32,000 nucleotides of DNA from Candidatus Saccharimonadota bacterium (GCF_000582535.1 NZ_CP006932.1:90001-122000), one strand, 5' to 3'. Numbered from the stretch's first letter, positions 1-10,220 are shown. Numbers and translations are program-made. The notes: generated by a model from the letters alone, not told the origin.

Positions 1-1
1 A

Positions 2-478
2 AATTATCCTAATTTAAATGATATAAATAACTTGGAAATAGAATTTGATATTATTGAAAAAATTCTTACAATTTTAAAAATTTTAAGAAAAATAAAGTCA
101 AATCAAAATTATAAAAAAAATGATGAAATATTTATTTTTAATAAAAATTTAAAAGAACAAGAAAAAATTAAAATTTTTGAATTTTTAGGTAAAAAATACA
201 ATTTTAAATTCTTAGATGAAAATTTAAAATTAAAATTTAATGATATTTATATTTCTAATAATTTTGGGGCAATATTTTATAAATTTAATAATAATAATTT
301 AAAAACAATTGATAATTTAAAATTAAAAGCAAGAAATTATTTTAAATTTGAATATGAAAGAGCTAATAAACTTTTATTAAATAAAGGTTTTTTGCAAAAG
401 GCAAAAAAAGAATTAATTGTAACAGAAACAATTAAAAGAGAAAAATATAAAAAACTTTTAAGTTTAATTGATATTTAA
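2..478 (+). CDS. valS: valyl-tRNA synthetase, C-terminal fragment (5' end outside the window)
   Basis: The frame is open from the window edge, and the listed start at 32 is only an internal TTG. The C-terminal coiled-coil tail KLLLNKGFLQKAKKELIVTETIKREKYKKLL fits the ValRS tail pattern L-x-N-x-G-F-x-x-K-A-P-x-x-V-V-x-x-E-x-x-K. Confidence 0.55.
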   Translation, partial: NYPNLNDINNLEIEFDIIEKILTILKILRKIKSNQNYKKNDEIFIFNKNLKEQEKIKIFEFLGKKYNFKFLDENLKLKFNDIYISNNFGAIFYKFNNNNLKTIDNLKLKARNYFKFEYERANKLLLNKGFLQKAKKELIVTETIKREKYKKLLSLIDI

Positions 479-479
479 A

Positions 480-1412
480 ATGAAATTTAATTTTGAAAAT
501 TTAAATCCAATAAGAATAGACAAATATTTAGCAAAAATACTAAAACAAAAATTAACAAGATCAAAAATAAATAATTTAATTAAAAACAATTTTTTATTTA
601 TTGATAATAAATTAGTTAATAAATCAAGTCATATAATAAAAGGTAACGGTTTAATAGATATTAATGATTCTTTTTTTGAAAAAAATAATCAAGAAAAATT
701 AAATAAGTGAAATAATAAAAAATTAATTGATATAATTTTTGAAACAGATGATTATATTGTAATTAATAAACCATCTAACTTATCTGTTTATCCTGGAAAT
801 GGAAATAGTGATTATACATTAGTTAATATTCTTATTTCAATGGGAAAAGAATTATCAAATATTAATACAAAAAGACCAGGAATTGTTCATAGAATTGATA
901 AAAATACTTCAGGATTAATTATAATTGCTAAAAATGATAAATTTAGTAATTATTTACAAAAACAATTTCAAGATCGAAAAATTTATAAAGAGTATTTAGC
1001 GATTATAAATGGTAATTTACAGGCAAAAAAAGGTATTGTTGATGCACCAATTGGAAGAAATATTAATAATAGAAAATTGATGACAGTAACTAATAAAAAT
1101 AGTAAATATGCAATTACTGAATATGAAGTTATTGAAAGATTTTTGAATTATGATTATTTAAAAATAATTACAAAAACAGGAAGAACACATCAAATTCGTG
1201 TGCATATGCAGTATTTAAAAACACCAATTTTAAATGATTTTGATTATGGTAAAAAAATAAAAGAAAATAATTTAAATGGACAATTTTTACATGCTTCTAA
1301 GATTTGTTTTTATGATTATCAAAAAAATAGAAAATGCTTTTCAGCAAAATTACCTTCTTATTTTCAAGAACAACTAAATATTTTAAAAAGGAAAAAAAAT
1401 GTCAAAAATTAG
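480..1412 (+). CDS. rluD: RluD/RluA-family 23S rRNA pseudouridine synthase (S4 domain plus catalytic domain)
   Basis: ORFs 468..710 and 840..1412 share a frame and join through TGA (708-710) read as Trp. An N-terminal S4-like segment (RIDKYLAK...) is present. The catalytic motif is GIVHRIDKNTSGLIIIAKN, followed by TGRTHQIRVHM. ATG at 480 follows the valS stop. Confidence 0.85.
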
Positions 1413-3051
1413 GATACTAGGTTTAGGGGGCCTAGACGAAAAAGCAAAAGATTTATATGTGTTAGAAATTGATTCTAAAATATTTATTTTAGATTCGGGG
1501 GTTTTTGAACCATTTTCTTCTCTTTTAGGAATAAATTATTTTATTCCTAAAATTGATTATTTAAAAGAAAATATTGATAAAGTAAAAGGAATTTTTTTAT
1601 CTTCTCCTAATAGGAGTATGCTCGGAGCAATTCCACAAATTCTTAAATTGTTCCCAAAAATCAAAGTTTATGGTTCAAGTATTACAATTAAATCTTTAGA
1701 TGTATTTTTTAAAGATAATTTTTATGTTAAAAAAGCACTTAAAAATGTAATAACAGAAAAAGATTCACTAAAAATAGATGACATATTAATAAGAGTTATT
1801 GATTTAAATGGTTCTTGTCCTGGAACTTTAGGTTATGTTTTTAATACAAAAGATGGAAATATTTTTTATCTCTCTTCTTATATTTTTGATTATATTGAAG
1901 AATATAAAATTTCAATTTTTGATCATATTAAAAAATATACAATTGAAAAAAATCTTTTACTAATATCTGATTCTTTAAATATGAATAGAAATTCATCAAT
2001 TTATCCTCTTTATAAAATTTCTCGTTATATTGAAAAATATTTTGATGAAAAAAAGAGAATTTTTATAACTCTTTATGAAGATAATATTATAAATATTATT
2101 GAAATTATAAAATTGGCAAAAGAATATAATAGACAAATTTATATTTTTGATCTTGAATTTTTAGAATTGCTTAAAATTATGATTAAAGAGCAAAAAATTC
2201 CAAATTTTCCTTTCAAAAAAGCAATGGATTTAAAAAGTTCAACTTTACCAGAAGAAGTTCTGATAATTATATCGGGAACAAGATCTAATCTTTATCATCG
2301 AATTAAATCAAGTTTGATTGAAGATAATATTTATAACTTAGAAATTGAAAAAGAAGATATTTTTATTTTTGCCTGTGAACCGCAGCCTGGAAATGAAGCT
2401 ATTTTTCAAAATATTACAAGTGAAGTTTCAAAAATAGATCCAAAGACTTTAATTCTTACAGAAAAAGACAAAATTTGAATTCATCCAACACAGTATGATT
2501 TAAAAAATTATGTTGGATTATTAAAACCAAAATTTATTATGCCTGTAAAAGGTTATTATAAAGAATTTATTGAAGCAAGAAATATTTTAAAATCAATAGG
2601 TTATAAAGATGATCAAGTAATTATTGCTGAAAATGGGGAGATTTATGAAATAAATGATGGTAATAATATGGGTATTTTGAGAAAAATAAAAGAAGTTGGA
2701 GAACAAGTTATAGAAGGGATGAATGATGAATTGATTGATAGTGAAATTATTAAGCAAAGACAAGAACTTGGTAAAGATGGATTATTAACTATTGGTTGTA
2801 TTGTAAGTAAAGAACAAAAATACAAAGTAGTTTCAAATATGGATATTCAAATGCGTGGTCTTATTTACATTAAAAATCAAGAAAAATTAATGCAAAATTT
2901 AGAAAATGAGATTAAATTAATTATCGAGGAAAATCGCGAAGATTTTATCTTAAATAGAGTTCAATCTATAATGGTAAAAAGAATTAATAAAATTTTACGT
3001 TTATCAATTAAAAAAATTCCAACTATAATAATAAAGATTAAACAAATATAA
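1399..3051 (+). CDS. rnj: RNase J-like protein (metallo-beta-lactamase / beta-CASP fold) with degenerate metal-binding motifs
   Basis: ORFs 1399..2478 and 2539..3051 share a frame and join via TGA 2476-2478. The protein is collinear with Bacillus RNase J: LGGLxExxKxxY...ILDSG...GINYFIPKIDYL...KVKGIF, LISDSLN and LLKPKFIMPV. The HxHxDH position instead reads SSPNRS (nt 1600-1617). Confidence 0.8.
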
Positions 3052-3082
3052 TTTTAATTATTGGAGTTAAATAAAGTAAAGA

Positions 3083-3670
3083 ATGATTAAAAAAAATAAA
3101 AATAATAAAAATATATTTTCATCTGCTTGAAATAGTTTTTTGAATTGATTTAGTTTTTTTTCAAAAAACAATGATCAAAATGAGAATTTTTCTTTAGAGG
3201 ATGAAAATTTTGCACAAAAATCTGAAAATAAAAATTTAGATTCAATAGATTTTAATTTATTGAAAGAAAATGCAAGACTTAATAAAGTAAAAAACAAAAT
3301 TTTATCAGAAAAAAAAGGAGAAGATTTTGTTGATGAAAAATTTGAAGAACAATCAAATACTGCCCAATTTCTTTTTGAAAATATTTTTGAAGCAGAAAAA
3401 TTAAAACAAAAATTAGAAGAATTAAATTTAGAGAAAAATATTGATATTAAATTAAATGATGATAATAAGAAGTCATATACATTGAAATTTGATGATTATT
3501 TTGAAATTTCTGAAAAAGATGATTCTAGTAATACATTTAAAGATTTTGAATATGAAGAAGAATTTGATTTAAAAGAAGATATGGAGGATCCAAAAAAAAG
3601 CGACCAAATTAATTTAAACGATAATGATCAAGAAAATGAAGATTCTTCATTTTTAAAAAAAAAAATTTAA
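3083..3670 (+). CDS. acidic low-complexity ORF, probably the N-terminal (linker) part of the FtsK/SpoIIIE-like gene, ending just after an A11 run
   Basis: ATG at 3083. Two in-frame TGA codons read as W (SSAWNSFLNWFSFF). The listed ORF 3260..3670 is the same frame. The stop at 3668-3670 lies immediately after the A11 tract at 3655-3665. No TM helices are present. Confidence 0.4.
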
Positions 3671-5058
3671 AAGATAAATTTCCACTTTTTTTATTAAAGT
3701 CAGAAGATTCAAATAAAATAATAAATTATCAAGAATTAATTGGAAAATATAAAAGAAAAATAAATTATATTTTAAGAAACATAAATTTTCCGGGAGAAAT
3801 TTTTGAAATAAATGAGTGTTCTACATTTATAACTTTTAATATTAAAATTTTTAAAAATTTTAATATTAATGATTTATATTTATTTAAAAGTCATTTCAAT
3901 AATGATTTTTATAAAGTAAAATATCGCTTTGATATTAATGATATTAATAAAAAAAACTTATTATTAGAAATTAAAAATAATTATTATAATTTTCCTAATT
4001 TTAAAAATCTGATTATAAAATTAAAATCTGATTATATCAATGAAAAAATAATATTAGGAGAAAATTATAAGGGTCAAAAAATATATAAATCATTATCAAA
4101 ATTATTCATAGTTGCACAACAGGAAGACAAAATTAATTTTGTAAATAATTTAATTACTACAATAGTTTTAACAAAAGATTATCAAGAAATTAAATTTAAA
4201 ATTTTAAATAAAGAAGATTTTAAATTTGCTTATGATGATTCACTTCCCTATTTTGAAAAAAATAAGAATAATATTAATTATTCTTTACAAGAAATTATAA
4301 ATATTTTTGAAACAAGAAATAATTTATTAAAGAAATATAATATAAGTAATTTTGATAAATATAATAAATCTATTGCAGATAAAGAAAAAAAAATAGAAAA
4401 AATAATATTAATTATTCCTGAAATTATAGATATATTAAATAATAATGATCCATTAATGATTAAAAAATTTGAAAAAATTATTGAATATGGCGAAAAATTT
4501 TTAATTTATCCAATTATATTAACAAATAAAATTGATGATAAAAATTTTAAAAATTTTAATTTGAATTTATTTAAAAAAGAACAAAAGATTTTATTTTCTG
4601 TAAATGATTTTTCAAAAAATTATATTTTTAAAGAAAAAGCAATTGATCAATTATTTTTAATTGGAGATTTCTTAATTTATAATGAAAATAAATTTATTCA
4701 TTGTCAACAAACAAAAATTTCTGATCAAGAATTAAAATTAATTAATAATTATTTAAAAAATTTTTATAATTTTAAAAATAGAAAGAAAAAATTAAATAAA
4801 AATATGAAATTAGAAATTGAAGATGAAAATTCTTTAGAACAAAAAGATTTTTTAATTAAATCAGCAAAAATTATTTTATGTGAAAAAAAGGAAATTAATT
4901 TGCAAACAATTCAATCTTATATGGGAATAAATTATAATGAGGCCTACTTAATTTTAGATAATTTATTTAAATATAAAATTATTGAAAAAGAAAAAAATAA
5001 TAATAATTTTTATAAATTAATTGATGAGGATATTTGTAATGAGATCAGAGATTTCTAA
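3655..5058 (+). CDS. ftsK: FtsK/SpoIIIE-like DNA translocase homologue (alpha, beta and gamma domains). It has no canonical start, sits in the -1 frame relative to ORF 3083..3670, and its ATPase motifs are degenerate
   Basis: This frame is open from 3625 to 5058 with no ATG, GTG or TTG before 4456. The translation follows the FtsK layout. The entry is FPLFLLKSED...FPGEIFEINECSTFITF (like LPxLxLL...GPvvtryE). The LGENYKGQKIY..LSK.. segment is followed by AQQEDK where the Walker A belongs. LIIPEIIDIL sits where hhhhDE belongs. GDFLIY follows. The C-terminal winged-helix gamma-like segment is INLQTIQSYMGINYNEAYLILDNLFKYKII (compare SxLQRxxxIGYNRAARxxxxLExxGIV). Confidence 0.7.
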   Translation, partial: KKKNLKDKFPLFLLKSEDSNKIINYQELIGKYKRKINYILRNINFPGEIFEINECSTFITFNIKIFKNFNINDLYLFKSHFNNDFYKVKYRFDINDINKKNLLLEIKNNYYNFPNFKNLIIKLKSDYINEKIILGENYKGQKIYKSLSKLFIVAQQEDKINFVNNLITTIVLTKDYQEIKFKILNKEDFKFAYDDSLPYFEKNKNNINYSLQEIINIFETRNNLLKKYNISNFDKYNKSIADKEKKIEKIILIIPEIIDILNNNDPLMIKKFEKIIEYGEKFLIYPIILTNKIDDKNFKNFNLNLFKKEQKILFSVNDFSKNYIFKEKAIDQLFLIGDFLIYNENKFIHCQQTKISDQELKLINNYLKNFYNFKNRKKKLNKNMKLEIEDENSLEQKDFLIKSAKIILCEKKEINLQTIQSYMGINYNEAYLILDNLFKYKIIEKEKNNNNFYKLIDEDICNEIRDF

Positions 5059-5383
5059 ATCTGTAATTTTTAATTTAAGAGAGGAAATTGAAAAAAATGA
5101 AAAACCTATTTTTGTTTATTTTTTTGCTTCTTGATGTGGAGAATGTAAAATGTCTAGTTTAATTTTTGAAAGATTAAAGGAAAAATATGAAGGTAAAATT
5201 TTATTTTTTAATATTAATGTTGATCAAGAAAAATTATGAATTAGTAAAGAAAATAAATTTTTTCAGGTAGAAAAAGTTCCTACCTTTATGATTTTTAAAA
5301 ATTTAAAAGAAATTGAAAGATATGTTAATTTTCAAACAATAAATTTTCATCAAAATAAAATTGAAAATTATTTAAATTCTTAG
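5039..5383 (+). CDS. trxA: thioredoxin-family protein with a W-C-G-E-C active site
   Basis: ATG at 5039 overlaps the ftsK-like 3' end. The translation is ...PIFVYFFASWCGECKMSS...KVPTFMIF.... The active-site Trp is encoded by TGA at 5132-5134. The gene is absent from the ORF track because of two in-frame TGAs. Confidence 0.8.
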
Positions 5384-5403
5384 AATTTAAATATGAAATT
5401 ATT

Positions 5404-6066
5404 ATGGATAAAAATGTAAAAATAAAAGAATTAGATTTAACATTAGAAGAAAAAAATTTAATTTTTAATATTAATAAAAATTTAGAAAATTCTTTATACA
5501 ATAATTTTTCTTTGCAAAATCAATTTTTCAAAAATTTTAATATTATTTCATATGATGAAAATAATGAAATTAATAAAAAATTACTTAATAATTTTGAAAA
5601 TATTTTAAATTCTTCAAATTATTTTTATAAAGAATATCTTAATAAAAAAAATAATATTAATAATAAACAATTTGAATTTATATTGGAAGAAAATTCAATT
5701 TCAAAAGAAATTAATTCTTTTAATTTTAAATTAAATAATATAAGCAAATTATTTGTAGAAAAAGAAAAATCAGAATCTTTAAATTTTTTAAATAATATTA
5801 AATCTTATAATAATAAAGATTTAGAAAGCAAATTTATAAATCTTCATAATAAAAATTTAGATAAATTAAATTTTTTAGTAAAAGATAATAGTATTTTAAA
5901 AATAAAATCATTAGAAAATGATTTTAAATTAATAAAAAATATTAAAAATTTAAATTCTGATGTTAAAAAATTTAAAAAAAAACATAAATGATTTTGAATT
6001 GTCGTTATATTTTTAAATATAATGTTATTGGGTGTTTTTTTATGAATTTTAATAATAATAATATAG
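5404..6066 (+). CDS. hypothetical Asn/Lys-rich protein with a C-terminal transmembrane tail anchor
   Basis: Listed ORF 5404..5991 ends at TGA. Under code 4 it continues as [25 protein letters not shown] to TAG at 6064-6066. I recognise no family. Confidence 0.5.
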
Positions 6067-6707
6067 CAATAGATGGATATGCGGCAACAGGAAAATCAAC
6101 TTTAGCCTTAGCTTTATCATTAGATTTAAAAATGAAATTTTTAAATACAGGAAAAATGTATCGTTTAGTTGCTATTTTTAATTTAAGAAACAATTATACA
6201 GAAGAAGAATTAGAAAAAAATTTAAGAAAACTTAAGTTTACATATAAAAATAATAAAGTGGATATAAAAAATTTTATTTATGACCAATTAGAATTGGAAT
6301 CACAAGAAATTTCTGAATTATCTTCGCAATTATCAAAATTAAAATTTGTTCGAGATTATTTAACAAAAATACAAAGAAAAATTTTGAAAAAAGGAGGATT
6401 TATTGTTGAAGGTAGAGATATTGGAACAGTAGTTATTCCTAATGCTAAAATTAAATTTTTTCTTACTGTTAGTGATGAAGAAGGAGCTAAAAGGAGATTT
6501 AAAGAAATGGAAGAAAACTATAATAATTTAAAATATCAAGATATTTTGCAAAAAATTAAAGATCGTAATAAAGAAGATAAAACAAGAATTATTGCTCCTT
6601 TAATACCTGCAAAGGATGCTATAAAAATAGATACAACAAATAAAAATTACAATGAAGTTTTTAATTTAATCAAAAATAAAATATTGGAGATTAATAAAAA
6701 TGTTTAA
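6042..6707 (+). CDS. cmk: cytidylate kinase
   Basis: [15 protein letters not shown] is the P-loop, matching IAIDGPxGxGKST. [15 protein letters not shown] and the KDAIKIDTT tail are also present. I prefer the ATG at 6042 ([12 protein letters not shown]) over the listed 5988 start. Confidence 0.9.
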   Translation: MNFNNNNIAIDGYAATGKSTLALALSLDLKMKFLNTGKMYRLVAIFNLRNNYTEEELEKNLRKLKFTYKNNKVDIKNFIYDQLELESQEISELSSQLSKLKFVRDYLTKIQRKILKKGGFIVEGRDIGTVVIPNAKIKFFLTVSDEEGAKRRFKEMEENYNNLKYQDILQKIKDRNKEDKTRIIAPLIPAKDAIKIDTTNKNYNEVFNLIKNKILEINKNV

Positions 6708-8013
6708 GATACCTAAAGTTGTAATTATTGGAAGACCAAATGTTGGTAAATCAACTCTTTTTAATAGATTAATTGGTAAAAAAATTTCAATTACATTTGA
6801 TAAAGAAGGAGTTACAAGAGATCGAATATATCAAAAAAGTACTTGAATTGATAAAGAATTTTTAATAATAGACACTGGTGGTTATTCTAAAAATAATAAT
6901 ATATCTTTTCAAAATGATATAAATATTCAAATCCAAATTGCTTTAAAAGAAGCAGATTTAATTTTAATGGTTGTTTCTAAAAAAGAGGGTTTATTAAAAG
7001 AAGATCGTTTAATTGCAAAAGAAATTTTAAAATTGAAGAAAAAAGTTATTTTAGCAATTAATAAATCTGATAATTTATTAGAAATAAATAATGATATAAA
7101 AGATTTTTATTCACTTGGTATTAAAAAAATTTTTCCAATTTCTTCACTTCATGGAACAAATATTAATAATTTATTAGATGAAATAACAAAAAATTTAAAT
7201 TTTTCAAATATAAAAGAAGAATCAAATTATTTAAAAATAGGGATAATTGGAAAACCAAATGTTGGTAAATCAACTTTATTAAATAAAATTTTAAAAAATG
7301 AAAGAATAATTGTTTCAAATAAACCAGGAACTACGCGGGATTTTATTGATACATTTATTGAAATTAAAGATAAAAAATATCAAATAACTGATACGGCGGG
7401 AATTAAAAAAAATAAGAAAGCTCTTGATCAAATTGAGTGATTATCAGAACTTAGATCAAATTTTGTGATAATGAATTCACAAATAATATTATTAGTAATT
7501 GATTATAAACAAGAAATTTCATTGATAGATCAAAAGTTATTATCAATTTTAAAAGATGAATATAAACCAACAATTTTATTAATAAATAAAACTGATCAAT
7601 TTATTAATTCGGATTACGAAAATGTTAAATTAGAAATAAAAAATAAATTTAAATTTGCATCTTGAGTAAAAGTTGAATTTATTTCTGCGAAAACAGGAAA
7701 AAATTTAGATAATTTATTTGAAATAGTAAATCAAGTTTGAGAAAATAAAAATAAAAATATCAAAAAAAGTCATTTAAATCAATTTTTAAATGATATTCAA
7801 ATGTTAAAAACTCCTCCTAGACATAATGGTATTTTGATAAAATTTGATTATATTACTTATTTTAATAAGAATTATCCAAATTTTATTATTTTCACAAATT
7901 ATCCTCAATATATTCATTTTTCTTATAAAAGATTTATTGAAAACCAAATAAGGAAAATATTTAATTTTGAAGGAATTCCATTTAAAATAACTTTTAAAAG
8001 GAACGTAAAATAG
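6700..8013 (+). CDS. der: ribosome-associated GTPase Der/EngA (tandem GTPase domains plus KH-like domain)
   Basis: Four listed or unlisted pieces (6700.., 6967.., 7465.., 7801..8013) share one frame and join at TGA codons. G-domain 1 has [16 protein letters not shown] and NKSD. G-domain 2 has [21 protein letters not shown] and NKTD. Confidence 0.95.
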
Positions 8014-9081
8014 ATGAAAAATTTAAATAATACTAATAATATTAATAATGAATTAATAGAAAATAAAGATAAATTAAAAAAATTTAATTTTACAATTATT
8101 GGATCGGGGGCTTTTGGAACAGCAGTTGCAAATTTTCTTGTAGATAATAATAATGTAATTATTTATGGAATAGATAAAAAAGAGATAGACGATATTAAAA
8201 TAAATCATAAAAATACAAAATATTTTGGATCAATAAAATTAAAAAATAAAATAGAGGCAACAAATAATATAAAAGAAGCTTTAAAAGAAGCGGATGCTAT
8301 TTTACTTGCTATTCCTTCTCATATTTTTAAAATTGTTTTAAAAGAAAAGATTTTACCAAATATGAAAAAAGCAGCTTATTTTATTAATTTAGCAAAGGGA
8401 TTTGATTATAAAGAAATTAAATTTTTAAATCAAATAATTGATGAAACAATTCCTAAAAATTTAAATTTAGGAACATTAAAATTATCCGGACCTTCTTTTG
8501 CAAAAGAACTTTTAAAAAAAGAACCAACAAAATTTGTTTTAGCTGCAAAAGATATTGAAATTGCAAAAAATTTAAAAAAATATTTTGAAACTAATTATAT
8601 AAATATAATAATTTCTAATGAAATATATGGTGTTGAAATATTATCAGTAATTAAGAATCCTTTATCAATTTTATTAGGAATTGTTCAAGGGTTAGGATAT
8701 AAAATGAATTCGAGAGCATATATTTTTTCAGAAGCATTAGAAGAAATGAAAAAAATTGTAAATTTATATAAATTAAATGAAAATATTATATTCTTGCCAG
8801 CAGGAGTTGGAGATTTATATCTTACAGGAAATTCAAAGAAATCAAGAAATTTTTCTGTAGGTTATAAAATAGGGAAAAATGATAAAGTAAATAAAAAGAT
8901 TCTTAATTCATTCACTACAATTGAAGGATTGAGGTCAATTGAAATTATTTTTTTACTTGCAAAAAAAAATGGAATTGATTTAAAGTTATTTAATTTATTA
9001 TATAATATAACATATAAAAATACTTCTCCTAGTAAAGCTATGGATGAGTTTTTTAAAGGAATAAATGAGCATTATGAATAA
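8014..9081 (+). CDS. gpsA: NAD(P)H-dependent glycerol-3-phosphate dehydrogenase
   Basis: IIGSGAFGTAVA is a Rossmann motif. LAKGF, GPSFAKEL, NPLSILLGI and DLYLTGNSKKSRNFSVGYKIG are also present. The gene sits directly after der, as in Firmicutes. Confidence 0.9.
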   Translation: MKNLNNTNNINNELIENKDKLKKFNFTIIGSGAFGTAVANFLVDNNNVIIYGIDKKEIDDIKINHKNTKYFGSIKLKNKIEATNNIKEALKEADAILLAIPSHIFKIVLKEKILPNMKKAAYFINLAKGFDYKEIKFLNQIIDETIPKNLNLGTLKLSGPSFAKELLKKEPTKFVLAAKDIEIAKNLKKYFETNYINIIISNEIYGVEILSVIKNPLSILLGIVQGLGYKMNSRAYIFSEALEEMKKIVNLYKLNENIIFLPAGVGDLYLTGNSKKSRNFSVGYKIGKNDKVNKKILNSFTTIEGLRSIEIIFLLAKKNGIDLKLFNLLYNITYKNTSPSKAMDEFFKGINEHYE

Positions 9082-9352
9082 TAAAAAAAATTTATTTGAA
9101 GAAATATCTAAAAATACCGGTTTAGCAAAAAAAGATGTTGAAGAAATTTTTAATTTAATTTTTATCAATGTTGAAAAAAAATTAAAATCAAGTGAAGAAT
9201 TTTCAATTCCTCAGTTTGGTAAATTTAAAATAATTCAACGTAAAGCTAGACAAGGAAGAAATCCAAGAACAGGTGAAATGATTAAAATAGCTTCACAAAA
9301 AGTTATTGTTTTTAGACCTTCAAAAACTTTAAAAGATAAATTTAATAATTAA
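9065..9352 (+). CDS. hup: DNA-binding protein HU
   Basis: The sequence FGKFKIIQRKARQGRNPRTGEMIKIASQKVIVFRPSKTLKD is the HU arm and signature. An alternative start ATG at 9074 (MNNKK...) would give a typical HU length. Confidence 0.9.
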   Translation: MSIMNNKKNLFEEISKNTGLAKKDVEEIFNLIFINVEKKLKSSEEFSIPQFGKFKIIQRKARQGRNPRTGEMIKIASQKVIVFRPSKTLKDKFNN

Positions 9353-9380
9353 AAATTTTTTATTTAATAAAAAATTAAAA

Positions 9381-9410
9381 TGTAAAAATTAAAAAATTTT
9401 TACATTTTTT
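9381..9410 (+). terminator. Rho-independent terminator after hup
   Basis: There is a perfect 10-bp stem, tgtaaaaatt (9381-9390) paired with aatttttaca (9395-9404). The loop is aaaa, followed by a T6 run at 9405-9410. Confidence 0.7.
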
Positions 9411-9470
9411 CTTATTAATATCAATATAATTATATATATATAAAAATATTAGAGGCTAGGAGGCAAAGAG

Positions 9471-10220
9471 ATGGAATTTTATATGTGATATTGAATATTA
9501 TTTGGTTTAATAATATTTTTAATAATAATGCAAGTTGTAGTTGCAAGTAGATTTAAAAAAACTTTAGTTCATTATAGTTCTGTTCCCAATAAATCTAATA
9601 AAACAGGCGCAGAAATAGCACGAGAAATTCTTGCTAAAAATGGAATTTCAAATGTTACTGTTATTAAAGCAGGAAAAGAAGGCGTAGATCATTATGATCC
9701 AAGAAAAAATCATATTATGCTTTCTCCTAGTATTTATGATTCTAGTTCTATTGCAGCAGCATCTGTTGCAGCACACGAGGTTGGCCATGCAATCCAATGA
9801 GGAAAAAGAGAATTGGGAATTCGTTTTCGTGATACTTTAGCACAACCTATAGGAATAATTTCAAATATTGGTTCAGTTATGATGAACATTGGATTTACTT
9901 TATTAATTTTTGGATTAATATTTGGATCAAATTCAAGTTATGGAACTTTTGTATTTTGAATTTTAGTTCCTGGAGTTGTTGTTTATGGTGCAACTGCTTT
10001 ATTTCAACTTGTAACTTTACCGATTGAATATAATGCATCATATAAAGCAAAAAAACAATTACAGACAATGGGATTTATAACAACAGAAGATGAAAGAATT
10101 GCAACAAAAAAAGTTCTTAATGCTGCAGCCTTAACTTATGTTATGGCCCTTATTACTACACTTGCAGTTTTTGCATTATATTTATTAAAATTATTAGCAA
10201 TTATAGGAAGTAGACGTTAA
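9471..10220 (+). CDS. YugP-family membrane zinc metallopeptidase (Zn_peptidase_2)
   Basis: An AGGAGG Shine-Dalgarno at 9458-9463 lies 7 nt before ATG 9471. The protein has an N-terminal TM segment, GAEIAREIL, DHYDPRKNHIMLS, VAAHEVGHAIQW (HExxH) and C-terminal TM helices. Listed ORF 9528..9800 is an internal piece of the same frame. Confidence 0.8.

Noticed and set aside
2643-2825. Antisense ORFs inside well-supported genes: 2643..2825- (in rnj), 6005..6193- (in cmk), 21876..22097- (in the surface protein) and 24899..25102- (in gatA).
   Set aside because: Each is fully nested antisense to a conserved or much longer CDS. Their low-complexity hydrophobic translations are typical of the reverse complement of AT-rich coding sequence.
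5988-6041. Upstream starts offered by the ORF track: 5988 for cmk, 23550 for gatC and 468 for rluD.
   Set aside because: The extensions ([37 protein letters not shown]) precede the conserved N-termini and overlap upstream genes or promoter elements. Internal ATGs at 6042, 23595 and 480 give canonical protein lengths.
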